A DNA stretch of 64,000 bases from a bacterium ADurb.Bin212 (GTDB taxonomy: Bacteria; Patescibacteriota; UBA1384; XYA2-FULL-43-10): positions 2,015-66,014 of the forward strand of contig MWCM01000005.1 in NCBI GenBank assembly GCA_002070055.1, read 5' to 3'. The notes beneath the pieces were generated by a model. The model did no database searches. It was given only the letters and a program-made list of their open reading frames with translations, and was not told the DNA's origin. Positions 14,829 to 23,082 of this stretch are shown here, piece by piece. Each line of letters opens with the position of its first letter. Position 1 is the first letter of the stretch. Both the position numbers and the translations under genes were made by a program.

Positions 14829-16163
14829 TTATTTGCCATATGGGCTCATTTGCCTTAATTTTTTTATGATGCCGGGAAGTATTTCTATTACACGATCGAT
14901 TTCCTCCTCCGTATTATGTTTCCCTAAACTAAAACGAATCGAGCCGTGGGACCACTCTGGTGATACGCCTATAGCTGTTAAAACATGGCTTGGTTCCAGC
15001 GATCCCGATGTACAAGCGCTCCCACTAGATGCCGCTATGCCCTCTTTATCAAGCATTAATAGAATTGATTCCCCTTCGGCATTCTTAAAACTTACATTAA
15101 CATTATTTGGGGATCTTCTTTTGAGGCAACCGTTGACTCTGGTATCAGGAATCTTCATTAAACCTTTAATTAATTTATCTCTGAGTTGCTTTAATCGTTT
15201 AGTTTCATCGTATAAAATCAATTCCGGCAAAAGTTTTCCAGATTCCTCGATTTTGCTATCAGCTTTGGCTTTATGCATCTTAACCAGTGCAGCACTCAAA
15301 CCGGCGATGCCGGCCACATTCTCTGTTCCGGCACGCATTTTATTCTCTTGGTTGCCACCGACTATCTGCCTGATTATTGGCGTGCCATTTTTAACGAACA
15401 GCGCGCCCACGCCTTTTGGTCCGTAAAATTTGTGAGCAGAGAAAGTAAGCAAATCAACACCCAAATATCTGACACCGGTTTGGAAATATTCCATTGCTTG
15501 CACCGCATCGGTGTGGAAATAAATTTGCTTTGCAAATTTATTTCCCGAATTATGAATAAAGAATGAAGAATTATGTTTATTCGGCTCAGTAACATTAGAC
15601 TTTTTCCCATTATTCATTATTCTTAATTCATTATTCTTCGCTATCATCTGTGCGATTTGCTTAATTGGTTGCACTGTGCCTATCTCGTTATTAACATACA
15701 TAATGCTCACCAAAACCGTGTTGTCTTTAATCTCCGCGTCTATATCCTCAACTCGTATCACACCGTTTTTCTGCGGAGTTACATAGCTAGCCTCTATCAG
15801 GCCCTGTTTCTCTAACTCCTTCACAGTATCCAAAACAGAGTGGTGTTCTACGGCACTTGTTATAACATGAGGCGTCGCTCTATTATTTTTCTGATCTGTG
15901 TTACTATGATATGCGTCAATCAAACCTTTTATAGCTAAGTTATTGCTTTCGGAGCCACCAGAGGTGAAAATAACCTCTTCGGGCTGGCAATTGAGACTAA
16001 AGGCTACAGTGTCCCTTGCTTCGTTTAAGATATTTCTAGCTCCCAAACCAAAGCTATGTGCAGATGATGCATTGCCCCAAAATTCCTTCTGAACCTTGTT
16101 CATAAGCAGAGCTACCTCCGGATCAGGAGGAGTTGTCGCCGAATGATCTAAATATATCTTCAT
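14829..16163 (-). CDS. iscS: cysteine desulfurase (group I IscS/NifS type) carrying an in-frame mini-repeat insertion
   Basis: IYLDHSATTP, PLP-lysine motif SAHKFYGPKGVGALFV, and active-site loop SSGSACTSGSLEPSHVL. Start taken at MKIYLDH (16163). Confidence 0.9.
   Translation of the reverse strand: MKIYLDHSATTPPDPEVALLMNKVQKEFWGNASSAHSFGLGARNILNEARDTVAFSLNCQPEEVIFTSGGSESNNLAIKGLIDAYHSNTDQKNNRATPHVITSAVEHHSVLDTVKELEKQGLIEASYVTPQKNGVIRVEDIDAEIKDNTVLVSIMYVNNEIGTVQPIKQIAQMIAKNNELRIMNNGKKSNVTEPNKHNSSFFIHNSGNKFAKQIYFHTDAVQAMEYFQTGVRYLGVDLLTFSAHKFYGPKGVGALFVKNGTPIIRQIVGGNQENKMRAGTENVAGIAGLSAALVKMHKAKADSKIEESGKLLPELILYDETKRLKQLRDKLIKGLMKIPDTRVNGCLKRRSPNNVNVSFKNAEGESILLMLDKEGIAASSGSACTSGSLEPSHVLTAIGVSPEWSHGSIRFSLGKHNTEEEIDRVIEILPGIIKKLRQMSPYGK
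15547..15575. repeat. inverted, diverged partner of family 1 repeat (GAATTATGAATAAAGAATGAAGAATTATG) inside the cysteine desulfurase gene
   Basis: Imperfect reverse-complement of the 15606-15637 copy, about 30 nt away. Together they form a ~90-nt MITE-like unit encoding SSFFIHNSGNK...NNELRIMNNG. Confidence 0.5.
15606..15637. repeat. AT-rich mini-repeat family 1 copy, in frame inside the cysteine desulfurase gene
   Basis: Identical core to 6892-6921. Encodes NNELRIMNNGKK. A partner in inverted orientation lies at 15547-15575. Confidence 0.7.
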
Positions 16164-16177
16164 TTGTCTTCTATCCT

Positions 16178-16387
16178 TTAGTCCTTGAGTCTTTTTGTAA
16201 TCTTCCTCAAATCTTCCACGCACTTTTTGCAATTCTCTCCACTAACTAACTTGTCGTAGCAATCTTTAGGAACTAAGTAGGCCACCGGAGTCGAGTATCG
16301 CATAACTTCATATACCTCGCCTTCTTCGGTTTCACGAATCACCTTTGATAGCTCGTTTTGTAATTTATTGGTTGTTATTCTTTTCAT
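16178..16387 (-). CDS. small protein with Phd/YefM-type antitoxin-like N-terminus (orphan)
   Basis: KRITTNKLQNELSKVIRETEEGEVYEVMRYSTPVAYLVPKDCYDKL follows the Phd/YefM pattern (..LS..i...e.GE...v.R...PVA.LVP..Y..L). No toxin partner is seen. Confidence 0.35.
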   Translation of the reverse strand: MKRITTNKLQNELSKVIRETEEGEVYEVMRYSTPVAYLVPKDCYDKLVSGENCKKCVEDLRKITKRLKD

Positions 16388-16453
16388 AATTATCGTTAAA
16401 TATATGTTACATGTAATGTAACATTTGTAATTAGCTCTGTCAACTTTGTCGAT

Positions 16454-17257
16454 CTATTCCATGCCAAAAAATTGCAACGATTTTTTACTGGTGCTTTGTT
16501 CAACGGTCGCTACGGGTATTTGTTTAATTTCCGCAATCTTTTTTGCCACTTCAATCACATAAGCAGGTTCGTTTCTTTCACCACGGTAAGCCTCGGGGGC
16601 AAGATATGGGCAATCCGTTTCAATCATTATTGAACCAAGTGGTGTCTTTTTAATCACCTCTTCAATATCTTTGGATTTTGAGTAAGTTATATTACCAGTA
16701 AAAGAGATTAAAAAATTTAAGTCCAAGATCTTTTTTGCAAAATCATAATCGCCGCTAAAACAATGTACAACACCACGCAAAGCACCAGAGTAACTTTTTA
16801 ATATGGCATAAATATCCGCCTCTGCCTCCCTAGAATGGACAATAACCGGTAACCTTAATTCAAGAGCTAAGTCCAACATCTGCTCAAAACAGAAGATCTG
16901 ATCTTCACGCTTTGGATAATTGGCAAATTTTGAAGATCTTTTTAAATAGTAGTAATTAAGGCCTATCTCACCGACGGCGATAACCTTGCGATTTTTTGCC
17001 AAATCGGTGAGATACGGTCTAGTCTCCATATCCAAATCTAACGAAGAGTGGGGATGTAGACCCACAGCGGCATAGATCTCGGGGTAATGTCTGGCAATCT
17101 CCACAGATCTCTTTGATGTGCCTAAGTCTACTCCGACATTGATGATTTTTTCGACACCAAAACTCTTGGCTCGTGCAATAGCCGAGCCTATTTCTCCTTT
17201 AAACTCAGGAAAATCCAAATGTGCGTGGGTATCAATGAACATAATCTTCAGTTTCAA
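16454..17257 (-). CDS. tatD: TatD-family metal-dependent DNase/hydrolase
   Basis: MFIDTHAHLDF, VGLHPH, IGEIGLNYYY, PVIVHSREA and IETDCPYLAP motifs. An alternative start sits at 17242. Confidence 0.9.
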   Translation of the reverse strand: MKLKIMFIDTHAHLDFPEFKGEIGSAIARAKSFGVEKIINVGVDLGTSKRSVEIARHYPEIYAAVGLHPHSSLDLDMETRPYLTDLAKNRKVIAVGEIGLNYYYLKRSSKFANYPKREDQIFCFEQMLDLALELRLPVIVHSREAEADIYAILKSYSGALRGVVHCFSGDYDFAKKILDLNFLISFTGNITYSKSKDIEEVIKKTPLGSIMIETDCPYLAPEAYRGERNEPAYVIEVAKKIAEIKQIPVATVEQSTSKKSLQFFGME

Positions 17258-17329
17258 GTTAAAAGTTCATCAAGTTTGAAAGTTGGTGGATTTTGCTTTA
17301 TGAACTTAATAGGCATTCCGCTTTATAAA

Positions 17330-18166
17330 TTATTTAAAGGTTACGAATAAGATACAGGATATCAAAACAATAAAGGCAAAAACATCTCTTTTGAACAGTT
17401 TCTCTCTAAACCAAAAGAACGACAAGAAATAGACTAAAAAAGGACCCAAAACAAGAATCATAGTGGTTTCGGTCACGCCAAGTTTATCGAAACCATAAAA
17501 TTTTAAAACCATCTGAACAACCCCTAGCATAGCAGTTAGTAGCAACAAAAAGAATGATGATTTCGAAAAGCCTAACATTTTGGGTCTGTAGGCAAACACA
17601 AAAACTATTGCCAATATTGTAGTTCTTAAAAAATATAACGACACCGGCGACAAGACATCTAAAAGCATTTTGATGAAAATTGATTCAATAGACATCAGGA
17701 ACATGGCCAGCATTGTCATCCAGGCAATTTTGCCGATTTGTACATGATGATGACGAAAACGTGTGAGCAGCAAGGCCAAAGAGGCCACGACTCCTGCTAA
17801 AAAAGTTTGCCAATTACGTTCCTGTGGTAAAAATATCTCTGCCAAGATAATTGTAACCATTGGAGACAGCAACATAATAAGCTCAAACTCGTGGATATCT
17901 TCTTGTTGGATTCCCCTATAATACAGGATATTCCATGTCACAGCGGTTGCCACCATAATTATGACCAAAAAGAGATATTTGGGTGTAAGCAACAAATCCA
18001 GATTAACAGAACCCCACTTTGCCAACAAAATTGCCGTAAAAATTGCTAAAAACACAAACAACATCGGGACAAAACGAAATAGTGGAATCTTTCTTTTGCT
18101 CAGCAGTATCTTGTCGGTTACTATCCCGCCGGCATAACCTATCGAAGCAATAATAGCGTTTAACAC
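17330..18166 (-). CDS. EamA/DMT-superfamily membrane transporter
   Basis: About 10 TM helices arranged as two EamA-like halves. Confidence 0.55.
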   Translation of the reverse strand: MLNAIIASIGYAGGIVTDKILLSKRKIPLFRFVPMLFVFLAIFTAILLAKWGSVNLDLLLTPKYLFLVIIMVATAVTWNILYYRGIQQEDIHEFELIMLLSPMVTIILAEIFLPQERNWQTFLAGVVASLALLLTRFRHHHVQIGKIAWMTMLAMFLMSIESIFIKMLLDVLSPVSLYFLRTTILAIVFVFAYRPKMLGFSKSSFFLLLLTAMLGVVQMVLKFYGFDKLGVTETTMILVLGPFLVYFLSFFWFREKLFKRDVFAFIVLISCILFVTFK

Positions 18167-18238
18167 TAACCCTCCAAAGTAATTTTCAATTTAAAATTTA
18201 TAATTTAAAATAAATGTTGAATGAGGAAAATAATAAAA

Positions 18239-19669
18239 CTAGGATTCAATTCTTGGGAAAAGAGGTTCTGGCTTGAGTGTTTCCAGCTGTATTTTCATTT
18301 TTTCAGCGGTTTCAGGCATAAACACATCGAGGCTCGATGCTATTTGCTTTAACTCACTATATGCTTGGTTAAGGGTGGCTTCCGCAGCTTTATTTTCCCC
18401 GCTCTTTATCTTCTCCCAGGGCTTTTCGTCATCTATCATACGGTTTACTTGACCAACAGAGTTAATTACCTGCTCAAGACCCTCAGCGAATTTAAACTTT
18501 TCGATATACTCTGCAGTATTAATTGGATCAGATTCAAAGGTGTGTAATTCTATTCCGTAGCGGTTGATCATTGACAGCACCCTCTGATTCAAATTGCCTA
18601 TTCCATTACATAGATCAGCAGTGTATTTGGCGTCCATCTTCTCCCATGTAAGATCGCCGTCACTGTTATAAGGAAGAGATGACAGTAATATATATCTGGT
18701 TGCGTCCCGACCATATCTGTCAATTATCTCTTGAGGAAAAATAACATTACCGATACTTTTTGACATCTTCTTGCCGTCTATAGTCAGATATTCGTGGACA
18801 TAAATCTTTTTGGGCAACCTTAGACCGGCAGATAAGAGTAGCGCGATCCAGTATACCGCATGGAAACGCATTATTCCTTTACCTATCATGTGGGTGATGT
18901 TGTCCCCATTTAACCAGAACTTTTTGTACTCATCGTCATCCGATGAATACCCAAGGGCGGTAATATAATTAGCCAAGGCGTCCACCCAAACATACATTAT
19001 TTGATCTTCATCACCAGGAACAGGAACACCCCAGTTCTGCGCACGCTCTTTGGATCGTGATACAGAGAAATCTTCTAGTCCGCCTCTAATAAAGCTCAGT
19101 GTTTCATTTCTGCGGAAACTAGGAATAATTTCTATCTCATCATTTTCAATCAATTCTAGTAGCTTTTCCTGATAATTTGATAGTTTAAAAAAGTAATTCT
19201 CCTCCTCCACTATCTCCAATGGCGAATCATGCTCTGGACATTTGCCGTCGCAAAGATCGGCCTCCGTTTTGAATTCCTCACAGCCGACACAGTAATAACC
19301 TTTGTAGTTTTTCTTATATAGATCTTCCGGTTTCAACGCCTGCCACATCTTTTTACAGCCATCAAAATGCTGTTTGCTGGTGGTGTGAATAAACTTGTCG
19401 TAAGACAAATTTAAAAGCTCTTTTAGCCCCTCAAACTCGCTACTATTTTTAGCTACAAAATCAGCCGTATCCATACCTGCTTTTTTGGCGGCCAATACAT
19501 TTTTAAGGCTGTTTTCGTCTACACCTGATAAAAAAAAGACGTCATTTTTTTGACGGTATTGGCGGGCCAAAACATCTGCTTGAATCTTCTCCACAGCATG
19601 GCCCACATGTGGGATAGAATTAACATAATCAATAGCAGTGGTAATATAAACGGTTTTATTCTCTGACAT
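18239..19669 (-). CDS. metG: methionyl-tRNA synthetase (short form)
   Basis: HIGH-type motif PHVGHA, KMSKS present, and a Cys-rich zinc knuckle CVGCEE...CPEH. Confidence 0.9.
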   Translation of the reverse strand: MSENKTVYITTAIDYVNSIPHVGHAVEKIQADVLARQYRQKNDVFFLSGVDENSLKNVLAAKKAGMDTADFVAKNSSEFEGLKELLNLSYDKFIHTTSKQHFDGCKKMWQALKPEDLYKKNYKGYYCVGCEEFKTEADLCDGKCPEHDSPLEIVEEENYFFKLSNYQEKLLELIENDEIEIIPSFRRNETLSFIRGGLEDFSVSRSKERAQNWGVPVPGDEDQIMYVWVDALANYITALGYSSDDDEYKKFWLNGDNITHMIGKGIMRFHAVYWIALLLSAGLRLPKKIYVHEYLTIDGKKMSKSIGNVIFPQEIIDRYGRDATRYILLSSLPYNSDGDLTWEKMDAKYTADLCNGIGNLNQRVLSMINRYGIELHTFESDPINTAEYIEKFKFAEGLEQVINSVGQVNRMIDDEKPWEKIKSGENKAAEATLNQAYSELKQIASSLDVFMPETAEKMKIQLETLKPEPLFPRIES

Positions 19670-19728
19670 AAAAATTGCTCCGGATTAGGGACTCAATAAT
19701 CACAGGATAACAAATTAACTGTATATTC

Positions 19729-20307
19729 TCAAATATATTTGATCATCTCAAAATCATCACAGGAGCACGGGTTACCACAAACTGTGCACTCAAAGTTATC
19801 AATGCCGACTTTTTTTGAATGTTCATACCAGGTTTTTTTATGAAGTTTAAGTGGTTCAAAGCCAAAACTTTCGAACAATTTCTGTGAGGCATTACCAGGA
19901 GAAGACTGCCAGCAGTGTACGCCAACTGCCTTAGCTCCGATGTTTTTTTGCTCGATCAATGACTTTTTTAATAGTTTTTTACCTATACCCATGCCTTGAT
20001 ATTTTTCATGAACTGCGATTAAAACCACGTAGCCATAGTTTTTCTTGTCGCAAATAATTTTGTCTAATGAAAAATATTTGTCTTCCATCTCCTCAAAAAT
20101 TCGTCCCGGATATCTTTGAACGATAACTCCTACAATATCAGGCCCTATTTTTGCAATAAGCATCTCACCAACCGAGAGTGATTTGAAGTAATCAATTCCC
20201 CAATCGCTATCACGCACAACTTGGCAATTTATTATATCATTAGCCTGAATAAAGTCATTCTCTGTAACAGGTAAAGATATCCTAATTTTTGAATTTCTAT
20301 CTGCCAT
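19729..20307 (-). CDS. GNAT-family N-acetyltransferase with Cys-rich C-terminus
   Basis: Acetyl-CoA binding motif QGMGIGKKLLKK. C-terminal CTVCGNPCSC. Confidence 0.8.
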   Translation of the reverse strand: MADRNSKIRISLPVTENDFIQANDIINCQVVRDSDWGIDYFKSLSVGEMLIAKIGPDIVGVIVQRYPGRIFEEMEDKYFSLDKIICDKKNYGYVVLIAVHEKYQGMGIGKKLLKKSLIEQKNIGAKAVGVHCWQSSPGNASQKLFESFGFEPLKLHKKTWYEHSKKVGIDNFECTVCGNPCSCDDFEMIKYI

Positions 20308-20308
20308 T

Positions 20309-21031
20309 TTAATTTTTAATTTTTGATCTTTTAATTATTAATACGAATTCACCTTTTAGTTTATGATCATTTAGATCTTCAGCTACTTCTTTGATTGTGC
20401 CGCCCCAATACTCCTCGAACATTTTTGTCATCTCGCGAGCGATAAAGACCTGTGTTTCTGCTCCAAAATATTCTTTTATGTCGTCTAAAGTTTTTTCTAT
20501 CCTGAAAGCCGACTCGTAAATAACAATAGGTACATCAACAACTGAAAGATGTTTTAACTGTGTTTGGCGCCCTTTCTTCTTGGGCAAGAAACCAGCAAAA
20601 TAGAACTCTTTATCGACCAATCCACTCACAGATATTGCCGAAGTTACAGCTGAAGCTCCCGGTATTGGAATAATTTTGATATTTTCATTGTCATTTTGAT
20701 TTTTGATATTTACATTTTGAATTAATTTTTGTCCCGGATCCGATATTCCAGGCGTTCCGTTGTCGGTAACATATGCGACACTCCTGCCAGCCAAGAGTTC
20801 AGCTATGACTTCATCAATTGACTTCTCAAGCGAATGTTGATGAATCGCTTTCAGCGGTTTTTTTATTTCGAGCTTATGAAGTAATAGCCCTGAAACCCGT
20901 GTATCTTCACACACCACTAAATCGACGCTCTTTAAAATTTCGATTGCGCGCAAAGTAATATCCCCCATATTACCAATGGGAGTGGCTACAATATATAAGT
21001 TCCCAATTGTTTCATTGTTAAATTGTTTCAT
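20309..21031 (-). CDS. rsmI: 16S rRNA (cytidine1402-2'-O)-methyltransferase RsmI (tetrapyrrole-methylase fold)
   Basis: GNLYIVATPIGNMGDITLRAIEILKSVDLVVCEDTR, the canonical RsmI N-terminus. Confidence 0.85.
   Translation of the reverse strand: MKQFNNETIGNLYIVATPIGNMGDITLRAIEILKSVDLVVCEDTRVSGLLLHKLEIKKPLKAIHQHSLEKSIDEVIAELLAGRSVAYVTDNGTPGISDPGQKLIQNVNIKNQNDNENIKIIPIPGASAVTSAISVSGLVDKEFYFAGFLPKKKGRQTQLKHLSVVDVPIVIYESAFRIEKTLDDIKEYFGAETQVFIAREMTKMFEEYWGGTIKEVAEDLNDHKLKGEFVLIIKRSKIKN
20671..20731. repeat. TTTTGAT-type tract in frame inside rsmI
   Basis: Encodes NIKNQNDNENIKII. Similar tracts at 23295-23329 (rsmA), 12137-12167 (downstream of mnmA) and 20307-20336. Confidence 0.55.
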
Positions 21032-21151
21032 TGTTCAATTTTCTATCAGTGACAATCAGTGAAATAAATCAGTGGTGGTGCTCTCCTTATGAAGAAACTC
21101 TAGCATATTCACGCCTAAAATGCTATTCTATATTCGCGCTCGAGGTGAAAA

Positions 21152-21490
21152 ATGAAAAACGACAACGGTCTTGCTGATGGATTCGGGGTGGCAACCTTTA
21201 GTACACCTCCGATTTCCAATGATGCGGGTCAGTCTGTGGGCAGGAGTATGATTGTCTATGTCGCCTTCCGGATGGAGGACGGAAGCGACGCTACCGCTAC
21301 AATTGTTGGATGGTGGAGCCTAGTGGGGCTAGCACCCTCTGGCCTTGATCTTAGAGGCTTGAGAATAGCGGGCTATCCCTGCAAGGTGTATGACTCAAAG
21401 AACAGCAATGCGGAAGTTGTCGGATTTCTGGATTTCCAATCCGTCTACTTCTGCAGTGAGCGCAGAACAGAGCCCGCTGATCCTGATTAA
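21152..21490 (+). CDS. hypothetical protein (112 aa) in a short high-GC island
   Basis: ORF preceded by GAGGTGA 5 nt before the ATG. Visibly GC-rich. No motif. Confidence 0.3.
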   Translation: MKNDNGLADGFGVATFSTPPISNDAGQSVGRSMIVYVAFRMEDGSDATATIVGWWSLVGLAPSGLDLRGLRIAGYPCKVYDSKNSNAEVVGFLDFQSVYFCSERRTEPADPD

Positions 21491-21644
21491 TCGGGAGGCG
21501 GGCCAAACCCTAAAATTATTATAGTATTATTATTGTAAGACAATTTTTAGTATTTTGGGATTAGAAATTTAATTATAAATTAGGATTTAAAAATTAGAAA
21601 TTAATAAACCCCATATTCCCAACCGTGTATGTTGTCCGTATAGT

Positions 21645-23015
21645 TTAGAACAACATCGCCCAAATACTGGCAATGCCGGCAATTGACATAAGAGCCACTG
21701 TGATCCAACCCATTATTTTGCCCAGCCAACCGCTTCTTCTTTCGCCCATAACTCTTTTACTGGAAGCTAAAATTACAATACAAACCAAAATCACCGGCGC
21801 AGCTAAACCGTTTGCCACCGCTGAATATATCAAAGCTTTTATCGGGTCTATGCCGGTAAAATTTATGCCTATGCCGATAAGCATCGAAATTATTATTATT
21901 CCATAAAAAGCATAGGCTTGCTTTAGTTTTAGATGTAAACCTTGCCTCCAACCAAAACTTTCCGCTATGGCATAAGAGCTGGAACCGGCTAAGACCGGTA
22001 TACCAAGAAGGCCCGTGCCGATAATGCCAAGCGCGAATAAAAAGTAAGAATAATCTCCGGCAAACGGCCTTAAGGCCTCCGCAGCTTGAGCCGCTGTATC
22101 TATATTTGTAATGCCATTTGCATTTAAAGCTGCTGCACAAGTTACGATAATAAAGAACATTACCAAGTTCGACAAAAACATGCCGCTCCAAACATCTGTC
22201 CGCATGTTCTTTACCTCTTCGTTATTCACATCATTTTGACGCAATTTTATATTGGTTAGACCTTTTTCTATGCGCTCCTCAACTTCCTGAGATGTCTGCC
22301 AAAAGAATAAATAGGGAGAAATAGTTGTGCCCAAGATGGCACAAATCAGAATGATGCTATCGCGGCTTAAACTCATATTTGGAGTAACTGCGCTTTTTAG
22401 TATCTCGCGCCAGTTTATTCCATCAATCAGTAGCGCAGAGAGCACGTAAGCAAGTAAAATCATCGCCAACCACTTAAGAACATTAGCATATTTTTTATAG
22501 GCACTGTAAATCTGCAAGAAAAGTATAATCAGGGCAAACAAAACCACCGCAAGCAGATAGTTTACCCCCCAAAACAATCTGATCGCCTCCGCCATAGCAC
22601 CCAAATTGGCCCCGATATTTAAAGTGTTGGCAACAAATAGAAGCACCGTGCAAAAAATTAGCACCTTACGGGAAAAATGTATTCGAATGTTTCCGGCCAG
22701 CCCCCTGCCGGTGACCATGCCTATCCTGGCACACATTTCTTGAACCACGGACATTAAAGGATAGGTGAATGCCGCTAACCACAAAAAAGCGTAACCGTAT
22801 TGCGCACCGGTTTGTGAATAGGTAGCAATTCCACTTGGATCATCGTCGCTAGCTCCGGTAGTTAAGCCCGGACCCAAAGAGTGCCAATAGCTACGCAAAG
22901 TAGCAATGGACTTTCCTGCCACCTTCTGCTCCAAACTCTTCGAAACCTCGACTGTTTTTTCGAGACCCTTTGCAGGAGACTCAACAATCTTTTCGAAGAC
23001 ATTCTTCTGATTCAT
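21645..23015 (-). CDS. mntH: NRAMP-family divalent metal (Mn2+/Fe2+) transporter
   Basis: DDDPSGIATYSQTGAQYGYAFLWLAAFTYPLMSVVQEMCARIGMVTGRGLA aligns with the NRAMP DPGN..TD..GAQFGY...LSARLG.VTG signature. Multi-pass membrane protein. Confidence 0.8.
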   Translation of the reverse strand: MNQKNVFEKIVESPAKGLEKTVEVSKSLEQKVAGKSIATLRSYWHSLGPGLTTGASDDDPSGIATYSQTGAQYGYAFLWLAAFTYPLMSVVQEMCARIGMVTGRGLAGNIRIHFSRKVLIFCTVLLFVANTLNIGANLGAMAEAIRLFWGVNYLLAVVLFALIILFLQIYSAYKKYANVLKWLAMILLAYVLSALLIDGINWREILKSAVTPNMSLSRDSIILICAILGTTISPYLFFWQTSQEVEERIEKGLTNIKLRQNDVNNEEVKNMRTDVWSGMFLSNLVMFFIIVTCAAALNANGITNIDTAAQAAEALRPFAGDYSYFLFALGIIGTGLLGIPVLAGSSSYAIAESFGWRQGLHLKLKQAYAFYGIIIISMLIGIGINFTGIDPIKALIYSAVANGLAAPVILVCIVILASSKRVMGERRSGWLGKIMGWITVALMSIAGIASIWAMLF

Positions 23016-23032
23016 TTGTGCCCCTCCGCCAC

Positions 23033-23069
23033 GAATATAGAATAACGAATAATGAATTATGAATAATGG
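23033..23069. repeat. family 1-related repeat (GAATATAGAATAACGAATAATGAATTATGAATAATGG), intergenic between the NRAMP gene and rsmA
   Basis: Shares the GAATAATGAATTATGAATAATGG core. Confidence 0.55.
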
Positions 23070-23082
23070 TTTATTGCATAAC

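Noticed and set aside
21757-22191. 144-aa minus-strand ORF inside the NRAMP transporter gene, in another frame
   Set aside because: Fully embedded in the well-supported NRAMP frame. Cys/Arg/His-rich with no motif.
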